Assembly: GCA_000004985.1 (NCBI GenBank)
Contig: GG738861.1
DNA: 64,000 nucleotides
Source: Naegleria gruberi
Taxonomy: Eukaryota
Direction: 5' to 3' (one strand)
Made by a program: the position numbers and the translations under genes. Shown here one piece after another: positions 13,198-26,500 of the stretch. The notes beneath the pieces are model-generated. The model did not search any database. It saw only the letters and a program-made list of their open reading frames with translations, and had not been told where the DNA came from. Positions within the stretch are counted from its first letter, which is position 1; every line of letters begins with the position of its first letter.

Positions 13198-16100
13198 ATG
13201 GCAATAATACAAAGAAGGACTGCAACAATTGCATCCTTGTTGATTATTGTATTATGGTATTGCTTCTGTACTCAACACAGCATTGAGGCGAGTAACCCAA
13301 AAGTAGTGGGTGTCGTATCAACTATTGGAACTGATCAAGATAATGTGAAGACTTTGTATGACTTTGGACCCGATTGGAATGAAGGTACATACGCTTACTG
13401 GGGTGTTTTCAATGGTTTTCAATCAGGAACAATCTTCTTTAATGGTGACACCACCCCATTATTGGCTGGGTTGAATCCATCCAACTATATGTGTGTGGTA
13501 ATGTATTCGTCAAACAAACCCTCAAATGAAATTGTTCAAAAGGGTTGCCTCTATTCATCAAAGCAATTAGATATATTCTCAGCGACTGCATCAGCATACG
13601 GCTTTTATGTTACTGTTAGAAATTTAGGTTCGGTAGTGATGGCTGAGCAAGAATTTCCACCAGGAACATTCATTACAAGATTAAACCTAGAAGCAATAAC
13701 AGTTGAAAATGGGGCCAAAGTTGTTCATTCCAATGCAACCAATTACGTTGCATGGAGTGGTATGGCACGTTTAGATTTCAAGGAAGCTGATTTTTTGGTT
13801 GTGGTTGGTAATGCTCAATGCTCTCTCTCAAGTCAGGATACTGACAAATTAATCTTTGAAGATTCGTCCGAGTTGACTCTTCCACATACATGCGAAATGA
13901 CTTCTTTCGCTGCTCTATACACTGCAACTTATGATTCAATGACCTTGGGAAAAAAGCAAATGATAGAACAAATTAACCAAAGAAGTACATTCATAAAGAA
14001 GGTTATCAAGTCATCTACTACTTCCTTCTGGGTATATGGTAATTTTGTTGACTATACTTTATTTGATAATGAGAGACGCTATGGAAAACAAGCTCCTTTC
14101 TTTAGTTATTATGAAATTGACCCAAGCAATACCCAACCTTTCACACGGAAACACAGTACGTATATTTCTTCGTTTCAACCAACATACTCGGCTGAAGCAA
14201 ACGATATGAAAATAATTCCAGCTGACGGACAAATTGAAATATACATTGTTGGTTATGTGGAAATACCAAGCTCATTTTTATGTTGCTTCTTGAAGATTGG
14301 TACTGCCGAGCCATATCGAGCTAGAAAGCTAGAAATTGAAGGTGATGTAGTATTTACAGGAATAGATACCAACACAAATACTCAAGAAGTAATCGTTACG
14401 GGTCACTTTGCAGGTACAATTCAAATTGGTTCCACCAAATTGACAAGTAGTGGAGGACGAGATATTGTGGTTGCTGCTTTCAAAAGAGTTACTTTAGATG
14501 CTGTTTGGGCTATTAAAGAAGGAGGCTCAAACGATGATTATTCATATGGAATTAAGAATAATAATAATGAATTCATATCAATTTTTGGCAAACTTGGCTT
14601 GAATCCAAAATTTGATGGTAAGAATGTATCTGTTTCTGTGTCAACTGCATCAAACGGATTCATTGCGCATTTATCAGATCCTAATTATTGTTATGGAATT
14701 GCTAGTAATACTGAGACTGTTTGTAATGGTCATGGTCAATGTCAAAAAGATGGCAGTTGCCTTTGTAGTTCAGGTTTTGGAGATCAGTGTGAATTCCCAA
14801 CTTGTAACGAAATACACTTTAATGAAACAAATGTTTGTAATGGGCATGGTAACTGCACTGATTATGATACTTGTTCCTGTAATGATGGATGGACTGGTGC
14901 TAATTGTAATATACCTGTTTGTTTTGGTGTTAGTGAAGGTGAAAGTTGCAGTCAACATGGTTCCTGCATTTCAAATAATACTTGTCAATGTAATAATGGA
15001 TGGTTTGGAAGTAACTGCTCAATTCATTCATGTAATGGAACAAGTTCACAAGATGAGCAAAATATTTGTAATAATGGCAATGGTATATGTGTATCTGCAG
15101 ATATGTGTTCATGTAACCAAAATTGGACAGGTCAATTCTGTGAAATTCCTAAATGTTTTGGATTGAATTCAAGTGATATTTCAGTTTGTTCAAGTCATGG
15201 GCAATGTATTAATGCTAACACTTGTAGTTGTAATAAGGGATGGTTTGGAGCTGATTGTTCAATTCATTCATGTAATGGAACAAGTTCACAAGATGAGCAA
15301 ATCGTTTGTACTAATGGCAATGGTAAATGTGTATCTACAGATATGTGTTTATGCAATCAATATTGGACTGGACAATTCTGTGAAATTCCAAAGTGTTTTG
15401 GATTACCAGCAAACGATTCAAATGTATGTGCTGGTCATGGTAAATGTCTCTCCCCTGATGTTTGTTCTTGTAATCCTAAATGGTTTGGGGCTAAGTGTAA
15501 TTTCCCATCTTGTTTTGGAATTCCATTTTACAATTCTTCAGTTTGTTCCTCCCATGGCCAATGCATAACCTTGGACACATGCAAATGTCTAGATGGATAT
15601 GATGGAGAAACTTGTTCCTCTCATTCATGCTTTGGTTTTAAATCCAATAATGACTCGAGAGCTTGTACGAATGGTCAAGGAAAATGCACAGGTGCTAATC
15701 AATGTACTTGTTTGGAATCCGAAAGTGGAAGAGCAATAGGTCCACAATGTGAAACGATTTTATGTAAGGCAGGAGTTGATATGTGGTTACCACAAAAAGA
15801 TCCAAAAGTTTGTTCTCAACATGGTATATGTAAATTCAACATGTCAACTGTTGGATGTTTTTGTGAGGAAGGTTACGAAGGGCCAATATGTCAGTATCCA
15901 ATCTGCTATGGAATTTCATCGAATTCAAAGAAAGTTTGCAATGGAGTTGGTAAATGTAATGCTCCAAATAACTGTTCATGTTTTGATAATGATATTGATG
16001 GTCACTTTGTTGGAACAAATTGTGACAAGTGTAAAATTCCATACTCTGGAATTAATTGTACTGTTATTGAAAAGTGTAATGCTACATTGAAATGCAATTC

Positions 16101-19100
16101 ACATGGTACATGTGATGACTATGGTTTCTGTACTTGTTTCCAAGACGAAACTAACGGTTATTGGAATGGAACTAATTGTAATACTTGCAATGATGGATTT
16201 TATGGAGAAGATTGCATGACTCAATTGTCCAATGTACATTTCAATAATGAAGGAAATGGATTACTTTTCCAAATGACCTCTCCAAATCATTTCACATCCT
16301 TAAATGTTGATTGTAACAATTTATTAGATTCTTCAAGTATTTCCTCATTTGGTTCAAATGTAGTTTGTAGATATTCTAATAAGACATCCAATGATTTTAT
16401 TATTGAATTGGGAACTGATAATTCTATTCAAGTTGATCAAGAAATTTTATTGAATAGAAATGTGTTTAATAGAAACAAATTAGGAAATGATTATCAATCA
16501 TTCAAAATTGGAAATGCTGAAAATCCCATTCCACCAACAATTTTAATTTCTCAAAAAACAACATATTCAAGTTGTGAAAATATTCTATTGGATGCAAGTG
16601 AAAGTTATTCCACAGATGGAAAACAAATTTCCTATAAATGGGAAATTGTATCTTCCAACATGATGACACTTCCAAACAATAATTCAAGCAAACTGTCAAT
16701 CACCTATGACAGTATAAATGCTGGAAGTCATACTTTCAAACTGACAACTACAAGCCAAAGTTTGAAAACATCCTCATCCAAGCAAATCACATTCCAAAAG
16801 TTGAATTATGCAACACCTGTCATTTCTATTGAAGGAAGTGACAGCCTTTCACTTTCAACAAGCTCATTGCCTTTGATTGTAAGAAAATTAATCACCTTAC
16901 CTTCTTGTTTACCTTCAAAATCTGAAATTATTGTAAAATGGGAATATTTGAGTGGAACTGGAATGGAATATCAAGTTGACTCTACNNNNNNNNNNNNNNN
17001 NNNNNNNNNNNNNNNNNNNNNNNNNNNNNNNNNNNGATGGTTTGGAGCTGATTGTTCAATTCATTCATGTAATGGAACAAGCTCTCAAGATTTACAAAAT
17101 GTTTGTAATGGAGGAAGAGGTCAATGTATTGACACTGATATTTGCTCATGTAATGAAACATGGACAGGTCAATTCTGTGAAATTCCTAAATGTTTTGGAT
17201 GGAATTCAAGTGATAATTCAGTTTGTTCAACTCATGGTCAATGTATTAATGCTAACACTTGTCAGTTGTAATAAGGGATGGTTTGGTAGTAACTGCTCAA
17301 TTCATTCATGTAATGGAACTAGTTCACAAGATGTGCAAAACGTTTGTAATGGAGGAAATGGTCAGTGCATTGGAACAGATTTGTGTTTGTGTAACCAAAA
17401 TTGGGCTGGTCAGTTCTGTACTATTCCTAAATGTTATGGCGTTATTTCTACAGACGCTACAGTTTGCTCTACTCATGGTAACTGTACTGATATTAATACT
17501 TGCCAATGTAATACAGGTTGGTTTGGTCCATTATGTAGTATTCACTCCTGCAATGGAACTAGTTCACAAGATTTAAAACACGTCTGCAATGGTGGTAATG
17601 GAGTATGCATTCAAATGGATAAGTGTGATTGTAAATCTGGTTGGACAGGCCAGTTCTGTGAAATTCCGAAGTGTTTTGGTTTAGCTTCAACTGATAAAAA
17701 AGTGTGTGCTGGTCATGGAGGTTGCATGAGCTCTGATAAATGCTCTTGTAATAATGGATGGTTTGGAGCTGATTGTTCAATTCATTCATGTAATGGAACA
17801 AGCTCTCAAGATTTACAAAATGTTTGTAATGGAGGAAGAGGTCAATGTATTGACACTGATATTTGCTCATGTAATGAAACATGGACAGGTCAATTCTGTG
17901 AAATTCCTAAATGTTTTGGATGGAATTCAAGTGATATTTCAGTTTGTTCAACTCATGGTCAATGTATTAATGCTAACACTTGTAGTTGTAATAAGGGATG
18001 GTTTGGAGCTGATTGTTCAATTCATTCATGTAATGGAACAAGTTCACAAGATGAGCAAATCGTTTGTACTAATGGCAATGGTAAATGTGTATCTACAGAT
18101 ATGTGTTTATGCAATCAATATTGGACTGGACAATTCTGTGAAATTCCAAAGTGTTTTGGATTACCAGCAAACGATTCAAATGTATGTGCTGGTCATGGTA
18201 AATGTCTCTCCCCTGATGTTTGTTCTTGTAATCCTAAATGGTTTGGGGCTAAGTGTAATTTCCCATCTTGTTTTGGAATTCCATTTTACAATTCTTCAGT
18301 TTGTTCCTCCCATGGCCAATGCATAACCTTGGACACATGCAAATGTCTAGATGGATATGATGGAGAAACTTGTTCCTCTCATTCATGCTTTGGTTTTAAA
18401 TCCAATAATGACTCGAGAGCTTGTACGAATGGTCAAGGAAAATGCACAGGTGCTAATCAATGTACTTGTTTGGAATCCGAAAGTGGAAGAGCAATAGGTC
18501 CACAATGTGAAACGATTTTATGTAAGGCAGGAGTTGATATGTGGTTACCACAAAAAGATCCAAAAGTTTGTTCTCAACATGGTATATGTAAATTCAACAT
18601 GTCAACTGTTGGATGTTTTTGTGAGGNNNNNNNNNNNNNNNNNNNNNNNNNNNNNNNNNNNNNNNNNNNNNNNNNNCCAAATGACAGCTAGACCACTAGT
18701 TGTTAACTTGATCCAAATTGAATCAACAATTGACCAAGTAATAATTGAGATTGAAGAAATTGATTCTGATTTGCAAACTATTCCATTCGAAAGAGAATGG
18801 TCCACCAATAATTTGAATAACAATGACAACATATTACAATATCTATCATCTATCAAGAATAATACATTAACAATTACAAAATCATTAGTGAACGGTGCTT
18901 CTCAATTCGACATTTCATTAAGGTCAAGTAAGGTTTCCAGATATTCCACTTCAACTCTCTCCATTTTATTCCCAGAATCTCCTGAACAAATTCCACCTTC
19001 AATAACACCAGCTAACTCGCCTCCATCAAAATTGAATAAGGGAACTTTATTAAGCGTACAAAGTATTGTTTCGAGTGCAAGTAACAATATTATTAGAGAA

Positions 19101-20900
19101 TGGACAATGAATGGTCAATCTATTCCTTCAGAATTGACAAGAAATATGAGAATGCAACTTTCTGAGTCTGACGAATTAATTTTGGACACATCTTCTTTGA
19201 CAGAAGGTGCAACTTATCAAATTTCTTTCAAAGTTACTAATGTTGATTCTTTGTTATCTGCTTCATTGAATCATTCATTTGTAATCAACAAATCACCAAA
19301 ACCATGTGACTGTCAAGTGTCACCTTTGAGTGGTATTGCAATGACAACAATATTTACTTTCAATTGTCCAAAATGTCAAAACGATCAGAATAGTAATACT
19401 TTTGAATATGGTTTTATTGATGACTTTTCAAAATCCAACTTTCCACTTTCTAAAACAGAAGAATTATATCAAAAACTTCCAATGCCAAATTCTGGAAACA
19501 AATTAGATCTTTATGTCAAGGTAATTGATTCATTGACAGGATCTAGCTCCATAACAACCAAACAAGTTACCATTTCTCTTCCGGTTGTCAAAAGTTTAGC
19601 AGGAATCAAAAAGTTAACAGCCTCATGGAACCAAATAGCAACATTGGCTCCTGTTGGTGATTATCAACGAAGTGTTTTCAATACTGCAACCATTTCTAGA
19701 ACAATGAATTTATTATTTAAGAGTATAAGTTCAAAGAGAGATTTTTGTAATGGAAATGGACAATTTAAAGATGGGAAATGTGTTTGCAATTCTGGATTTA
19801 CAACAAGTAATTGTAAATGGTCCACTGAAGATTTTGAATTTATTCAATCTTTAATTAGAGATTTATTGAATGATTTTATGGGTTCAAGTCAAATCATGAC
19901 AACCGCTTCAGAATCAACAAATAGAAATTACATTACAAATTTATTATTTGGATTGAATTCAATTTCACAAAATTCTGAATATCTTTCTAACCAAATGGTC
20001 AACTCTAGTTTAATTTTATTGAGAGATGCTTTGGTATCAGTTCAATCAAGTACCACCTTTGTTCTGTCTAGAGGAGATTTGGTCAACTTGCAAAATATTT
20101 TGAACTTACAAGAAAATTTAATGGATGGTGAAAAATTATTGGAAACTGTTGAATTATTAGGGCAAGTTTTATTGAGAAATGTTTTAATTGGTCAAATACC
20201 ATTTAAATTTGAAACTAACAGTTATTTGACAGTTTTAAACAAACATTTCAAGAATCAAATGAATGGAATGAAATTCGAAAGTGAGATGGTGAATATCACG
20301 TTACCATGGAACATTTCATCTCTCTTGAAAACTAATTCAATCAAGTCACCAATCAAGTACAGATGGAATATTCAAAAAAATACAGACACCATTGCAATTG
20401 CAAATCAACCTGGAAAGATAATATCAATCAATTCAGTTGTGAATAGTTTACAACTTGATCCTTCACCTCAATCTTATTCGAAATACTTATTCGACATTGA
20501 GATGAAACAATACGACAGTCAGGCAGCTTATGTTTGTGCTAACATTGGATCAGCATCATTGGAAACTGATTGTTCCATTTCTATCAAGAATAACCAAATA
20601 GCAACTTGTGAATGCTCTTCATTAGGATATAATCTTGTAATTCTTGAATACAAATCCATTGAAAATCATGTATCAACCTCCTCTTCATCAAATTCAAATA
20701 TAATTGTCAAAAAACCTCCAACGAGCAATCCATTAATGTGGTTATTATTGTTACTAGTCCTCATTCCACTTACTGCCCTACTAATTGCAGTAATTGTATG
20801 GTTTGTAGTAAAGAAACTGGGTAAAGATAAGAATAATACAAGAAATCCATACATGCAAACACAAGAAAGCAGTTCTACAATTGAATTGAAGCATGTTTAA
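13198..20900 (+). CDS. Giant type I membrane protein: signal peptide, beta-propeller-like N-domain, EGF array, PKD/REJ-like region, GPS-like motif, single TM, short tail
   Basis: One reading frame from an ATG in an A-rich context (13198) to the stop at 20900. It is broken only by two 50-N gaps and one 1-nt frameshift at about 17263. N-terminus: IASLLIIVLWYCFC. About 80-aa EGF double modules: WFGxxCSIHSCNGTSSQD...WTGQFCEIPKCFG. REJ-like: ILLDASESYSTDGKQISYKWEI. GPS-like: TCECSSLGYNLVIL. TM: LMWLLLLLVLIPLTALLIAVIVWFVV. Confidence 0.85.
16986..17035. other. Assembly gap (50 N)
   Basis: Run of n. Confidence 1.
17036..18626 (+). repeat. Gap-bounded contig made only of EGF modules, duplicating earlier parts of the same gene
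   Basis: About 17990-18626 appears identical to about 15232-15868 (offset 2758). 17036-17270 is nearly identical to 17756-17990 (720-nt super-repeat). Confidence 0.8.
18627..18676. other. Assembly gap (50 N)
   Basis: Run of n. Confidence 1.
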
Positions 20901-21244
20901 TCTCGTTAATAATATGAAAAAGATTAGTTTGATAGGAGACGGTTATGTGATTGTGACTGAAACAACTCCGAAAGTGTCTAATTTGTGGAAATAAACACCA
21001 TTCGAGTCATTCGAGCTCGTAAACCCATGAAGTATAATTTCTGTCTATTATTATTGTATTACATTACGAATCACCACAACATTGAAAAAACACAAAAGAA
21101 TTCACTAAGAGAGCTCAAAATATCTGACATTGCGTTCCTTTCATTTTGGATTTACCTACCGGATAAGTTATAAAAATCGTTTTGGGATCACATATCATGA
21201 ATTTCGTGTCATTGTGAAAATTCTACTATCAAGTCTCATAAAAA

Positions 21245-21584
21245 ATGTTTCCACAACAAGCTCCACGGATTGTGGTAGAGATAAAACTTGGTAACACAGT
21301 TGCTCAATTGTTTCCAGATGGTAGCTTGAGTAATGGTTCAACCAGTATTACTGATTTCAGCGCAGTTGCACTAAACAAGCAAAACAAGCAAGTATGGGGG
21401 TTTGAAAATGACAAAGTTAAAATATTGTGCAATCAAAACCACGTTTGTAGTTATGGTCAAGTCAACCACTTGATAACAGGCAAGGGATTAAATAGGCTTC
21501 GTTCTCTTTACAATCTCGTAATAACAAAATATCTCCAACAACAGCCAAACATCACCGTTCCCAGAACCAATGCTGGTGACACCA
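21245..21584 (+). CDS. 5' part of a hypothetical protein (runs into the gap)
   Basis: ATG preceded by AAAAA, then 113 open codons up to the 1021-N gap. No recognisable domain. Confidence 0.4.
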
Positions 21585-22605
21585 NNNNNNNNNNNNNNNN
21601 NNNNNNNNNNNNNNNNNNNNNNNNNNNNNNNNNNNNNNNNNNNNNNNNNNNNNNNNNNNNNNNNNNNNNNNNNNNNNNNNNNNNNNNNNNNNNNNNNNNN
21701 NNNNNNNNNNNNNNNNNNNNNNNNNNNNNNNNNNNNNNNNNNNNNNNNNNNNNNNNNNNNNNNNNNNNNNNNNNNNNNNNNNNNNNNNNNNNNNNNNNNN
21801 NNNNNNNNNNNNNNNNNNNNNNNNNNNNNNNNNNNNNNNNNNNNNNNNNNNNNNNNNNNNNNNNNNNNNNNNNNNNNNNNNNNNNNNNNNNNNNNNNNNN
21901 NNNNNNNNNNNNNNNNNNNNNNNNNNNNNNNNNNNNNNNNNNNNNNNNNNNNNNNNNNNNNNNNNNNNNNNNNNNNNNNNNNNNNNNNNNNNNNNNNNNN
22001 NNNNNNNNNNNNNNNNNNNNNNNNNNNNNNNNNNNNNNNNNNNNNNNNNNNNNNNNNNNNNNNNNNNNNNNNNNNNNNNNNNNNNNNNNNNNNNNNNNNN
22101 NNNNNNNNNNNNNNNNNNNNNNNNNNNNNNNNNNNNNNNNNNNNNNNNNNNNNNNNNNNNNNNNNNNNNNNNNNNNNNNNNNNNNNNNNNNNNNNNNNNN
22201 NNNNNNNNNNNNNNNNNNNNNNNNNNNNNNNNNNNNNNNNNNNNNNNNNNNNNNNNNNNNNNNNNNNNNNNNNNNNNNNNNNNNNNNNNNNNNNNNNNNN
22301 NNNNNNNNNNNNNNNNNNNNNNNNNNNNNNNNNNNNNNNNNNNNNNNNNNNNNNNNNNNNNNNNNNNNNNNNNNNNNNNNNNNNNNNNNNNNNNNNNNNN
22401 NNNNNNNNNNNNNNNNNNNNNNNNNNNNNNNNNNNNNNNNNNNNNNNNNNNNNNNNNNNNNNNNNNNNNNNNNNNNNNNNNNNNNNNNNNNNNNNNNNNN
22501 NNNNNNNNNNNNNNNNNNNNNNNNNNNNNNNNNNNNNNNNNNNNNNNNNNNNNNNNNNNNNNNNNNNNNNNNNNNNNNNNNNNNNNNNNNNNNNNNNNNN
22601 NNNNN
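21585..22605. other. Assembly gap (1021 N)
   Basis: Run of n. The three long X-filled ORFs in the track are artefacts of this gap. Confidence 1.
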
Positions 22606-22721
22606 ATAAGAGATTGGAGTAAGAGGTATCCGAAGGTTTGCAATACCAAACTCATTTAATGGTTTTGTGAAATAATAAAATTATTATTATTCGGGTCTCT
22701 TCAAAAAAAAATCCTTTACAA

Positions 22722-23475
22722 TGTTATTAGCACCAGAGCCTGCTAAACCTCAGGATGATTGGTTTATTGATGAATGTTTACTTATGAATATTGGCAATCA
22801 ACGACCGAAATATATCTTTCAAACTAAAGAGGGAGATGACATCATTTGGGAAACATTGTTCTTTAATTTCGTTGATGAGCCAAACGTTTAAATATCAAAC
22901 TCTTTCAATGATGGATACAATTACAAAAGATACACAGCAGAGGTGGTGGAAGTGGGAGACTTTGCCAAGAAAAGGGACGACTCTAATGATTGGGCTTTGT
23001 TGAGACTTGTGACTGATGATTTCACAGAAGATTTGAACAATACAGAGTACTTCATTCCTTCTCCAATTAGAACACGTCAAAGACGAAGATGATATTCCAG
23101 ATATCTACACCACGTTAATGATTGGTTTCTTTACAAGAGGTGCCTCAAAAGGAGATCTAAGAGAAACTCAAAGGGAATTGATATTGAAGATGTTTGGAAA
23201 ATTATTCCTGAAGGTATGGCAGTTTCCTTTGGTTGGACTGTACCCTATCCATAATTGTGGAAGTACAGCCAGCTGCTCTGGAGGCCCTTTACTCAAATGT
23301 AGAATCCAAATTAAAGAGCTTGTAGATATTCTGAACCAAAAACCATCTGTTCAGCCTTATTTCCTTATTCGCAAGTAGTTTCATCTCTAGAAGAATCATG
23401 GCTCTCCACAGTGGTGGTGATAACTATTACAAAATAAATAGAAATCCAAAACTTGAAATATTTAAGAGAAATTAG
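22722..23475 (+). CDS. Possible trypsin-like serine peptidase, fragmented (several short introns or a pseudogene)
   Basis: Pieces in different frames carry chymotrypsin-fold hallmarks: DDSNDWALLRL (Asp-102 region), NCGSTASCSGGPLL (Ser-195 region) and MALHSGGDNYY. Plausible GT-AG introns lie between them, but I could not build a complete model. The His region is probably lost in the upstream gap. Confidence 0.3.
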
Positions 23476-23571
23476 AGCTTGGAATTTTCCAAAAGCAAAA
23501 GCAGATAATTGATTGAAATAAGTACTATGAAATATTGAATGAAGTGTTTATATCGATATTAGTATGGATTT

Positions 23572-26500
23572 TTAAAGCATTAACAAGCACATCATGATTG
23601 AAACCAGTAAGGAAACACTGAACGAAATCATTGCAACGTTGTTGACACGAGCTGAAACCTTTGGAATAAAAGGAGCAGGAGAAGATTTTGGAGAGACAAC
23701 AGGTGTTGGAATAGCCTTTGGTTGAGCAGTTAACAAATATTTGCCAGTTGAAGAGACAGAAACAGTTACAGAGTTACTGGTCTTGGAAATGACTGAACAA
23801 CTGGTTGAGAGTTGATAATTATTGGTTGCTGAATTGTAAACTTGACAATAGACATCATATGCAGAAACCGATCTTGCCATTGTTATATCCTTTGAGGTAG
23901 AGAAGGTCAATTCGGCAATAGAACTTGAACTAGAAACGGTAACTGCAGATTTTTCAGCAAGAGAAATATCAAGAGCATCTGAAACAGAGTTGGTGACTCC
24001 GCCACTTGATGATTTTACCTTAAGAATGAGAGTCTTGTAATTAGAAACAAGATCAGAAAATTTAGCTGCCATTTTGAACTTATTTCCATTAATAATATCT
24101 TGTAAATTATTCAAAGTTGCAATATTGACCTTTCTTGAATAAGTAGTTGTTTGATTAGCAACAATATAGTTGGCTGGAAGGTCAGCAACTGTATCCTTAA
24201 CGAGAGCGCTTGATAAACTGTCATACGTAGCTTGAATATTAGTAATATCAGAATTGGAGAATGATCTCTTTGAAACACCCTTTGCTACAATAAATCTATA
24301 GAATTTATCAGCAGCTTCCTTCGCCTTTGTCAACAGTTCAGTAGCCAATTTAACTTCATCACTCGAAGCAGCATTAGCAGCAGTTTGAGCAAGATTGGTG
24401 ATCATCTTGGAAATAATGTCATCGACAATATATTCCAAACTTGAAGTACCAGAAGAAATCATTGACAATTTAGAGGAGGCAGAGTTAGTATTTTCAGAAG
24501 CAACAGATTGAGCCTTTGCTTGATTGTCCAAATAGGAAAGAATCATATTGGAAGTCAATTTTGCAATTTCAGCTTTTTGCTCAGCAGTTGCACCAGCAAT
24601 AGAGCTAACAACCTTAATGACAGCAGATACGGAAGCAAGGGTTGGTGTTTCCTTCGCAGTTGATTCAATAGAATTCACTGCTTGAGTGGTAGTTGGTTGA
24701 GTAACAGCTACAGAAATTTCAGATTCTGTAAATGCCAACTTGGAATCATAAACTGCAACTTTAAGACGGAGTTGAGAACTGCTTGAAGAAGGTAATTTGA
24801 TTCTTGTAGATCTAGTTTCAGTTCTCTCCGTCAATGCAGTCCAAGAGGATGAAATGTCATCATAATAGAAGAATTGATAGGTAAGTGGCAACTGAGAGTC
24901 TGTCCAACCATTTCCACATTTCAATTCGAATAAGGTACTGAGAGCAACACCAGATTGTGGACTAGCTTCGAAAATACCTCTTGTTGGAGGAGAGTTTACA
25001 TTAACACTTGTTGTAGCAACACCATTCTTTGAACCATCAGTAATATTCAAACTAATAGAGTATGAAGCGCCAGCACTCAACAATGATTTTGGAATCTTGA
25101 TAAAGCTGGAAGTTTGGGTGAGTGATGATAAATCAAACTTATCAGAGAACCAGAAGAAGGTTGGAGATGATAAAACTTCAAGAGAGGAATAGGTCAAATA
25201 CAAATCAGATGATGGGCTAACAAGTGAAAGATCGCTATTAGAAGTAATTGAAGCTCTAATCAAAGTATTCTTTGGAACGGACTTAGCTTTAACAATTAAA
25301 TTAGTTGATGCAGATCTTGATCCCTTAACAACAGTAGCAGTATACTTGTATTCACCAGCAGAGAGGAATGTGGAGAAGGTTCTTTGATTTAAATTTGGAG
25401 AAGAACATGACTTAATGTTGACAATATCAAAACATGTGATAGTGACAGTTTCTGAATCAGACGTACTACTTGGATCAACAACTGCAACAGAGAAATCCAA
25501 TGAATCTTGAGTTGATTGAGTAATGTCAGAAATGTTGAATTGAATAGTCAAATCTTGAGCTACAGCAGTTACCTTGAAAGGAAGAAATGCATCGTTAGCA
25601 TTGTCAGAAACAGCCCTAAGGATAAAGTAATAATCGCCTTCCTTATTAATATCAGTGAAGGATTTACCAATAGCGAATAAATTATTACTAGATTTTGGAG
25701 TTACAACTGATTTAGAGGCTGAAGAAGTATCAACAGAATAGGTATAATCAGTTTGATAATTTCCAGAATAACACTTTGGGAATTTGATGACTGGTGTCAA
25801 TACAATAGTAGATCCAATCATGTAAGTCACAGAAATACCTTCACTGAGTGATAGAGTTGGAACTGGATTGCTAACAACATTCACGGTAACACTTGATGTG
25901 GCAACTTTAGAGAATGCAGTTGTGACAGTAACTTGAATAATGAATGATCCACCAGAAATTGCACTCAATGAAGAGGAGCTGAAATCGACAATAGCGCTTG
26001 AAGTTTTAACACCACTCAAGTAAGTATTCAAAGCATTCATTTCACCAACAGTTGGACCGTTAGTGACATACCAAGAGAATAACAATGCACGACGATCTGA
26101 TGAAACTGATCCAGAAGCATCCAAATATAGAGTATCACACTTGGAAACAGAGCTCTTATCAGAAACTAGATTAACACTTGGAGGAAGTGCAACAAATGTA
26201 CCAGAAGAAACTGTAACAGACAATGTTTCAGCGCTTCCTGGGAATTTGAATAATCTCAAAGAATTACCTGGTACAATATTTGCACTGGTTCCTAATATAA
26301 TTTCCAAAGAGGAAGTTGCAGAATTCAAAATACATTTAGCATCAGAACCTATCAATGATAAATCAGAGCTAGAAATGACATCTGAACAATCTGATTGTTT
26401 CAATAAACTTGATTTGACTTCACCAATAATTGACCCACCAGTTGAAGTGAAAACAAAACTATTAGAATTAATTTGGAAATCACAATTGCTTCCAAACCAT

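Noticed and set aside
21245-22655. Three long ORFs made of X residues
   Set aside because: They are artefacts of translating the 1021-N assembly gap. Only the first 113 codons of 21245.. are real sequence.
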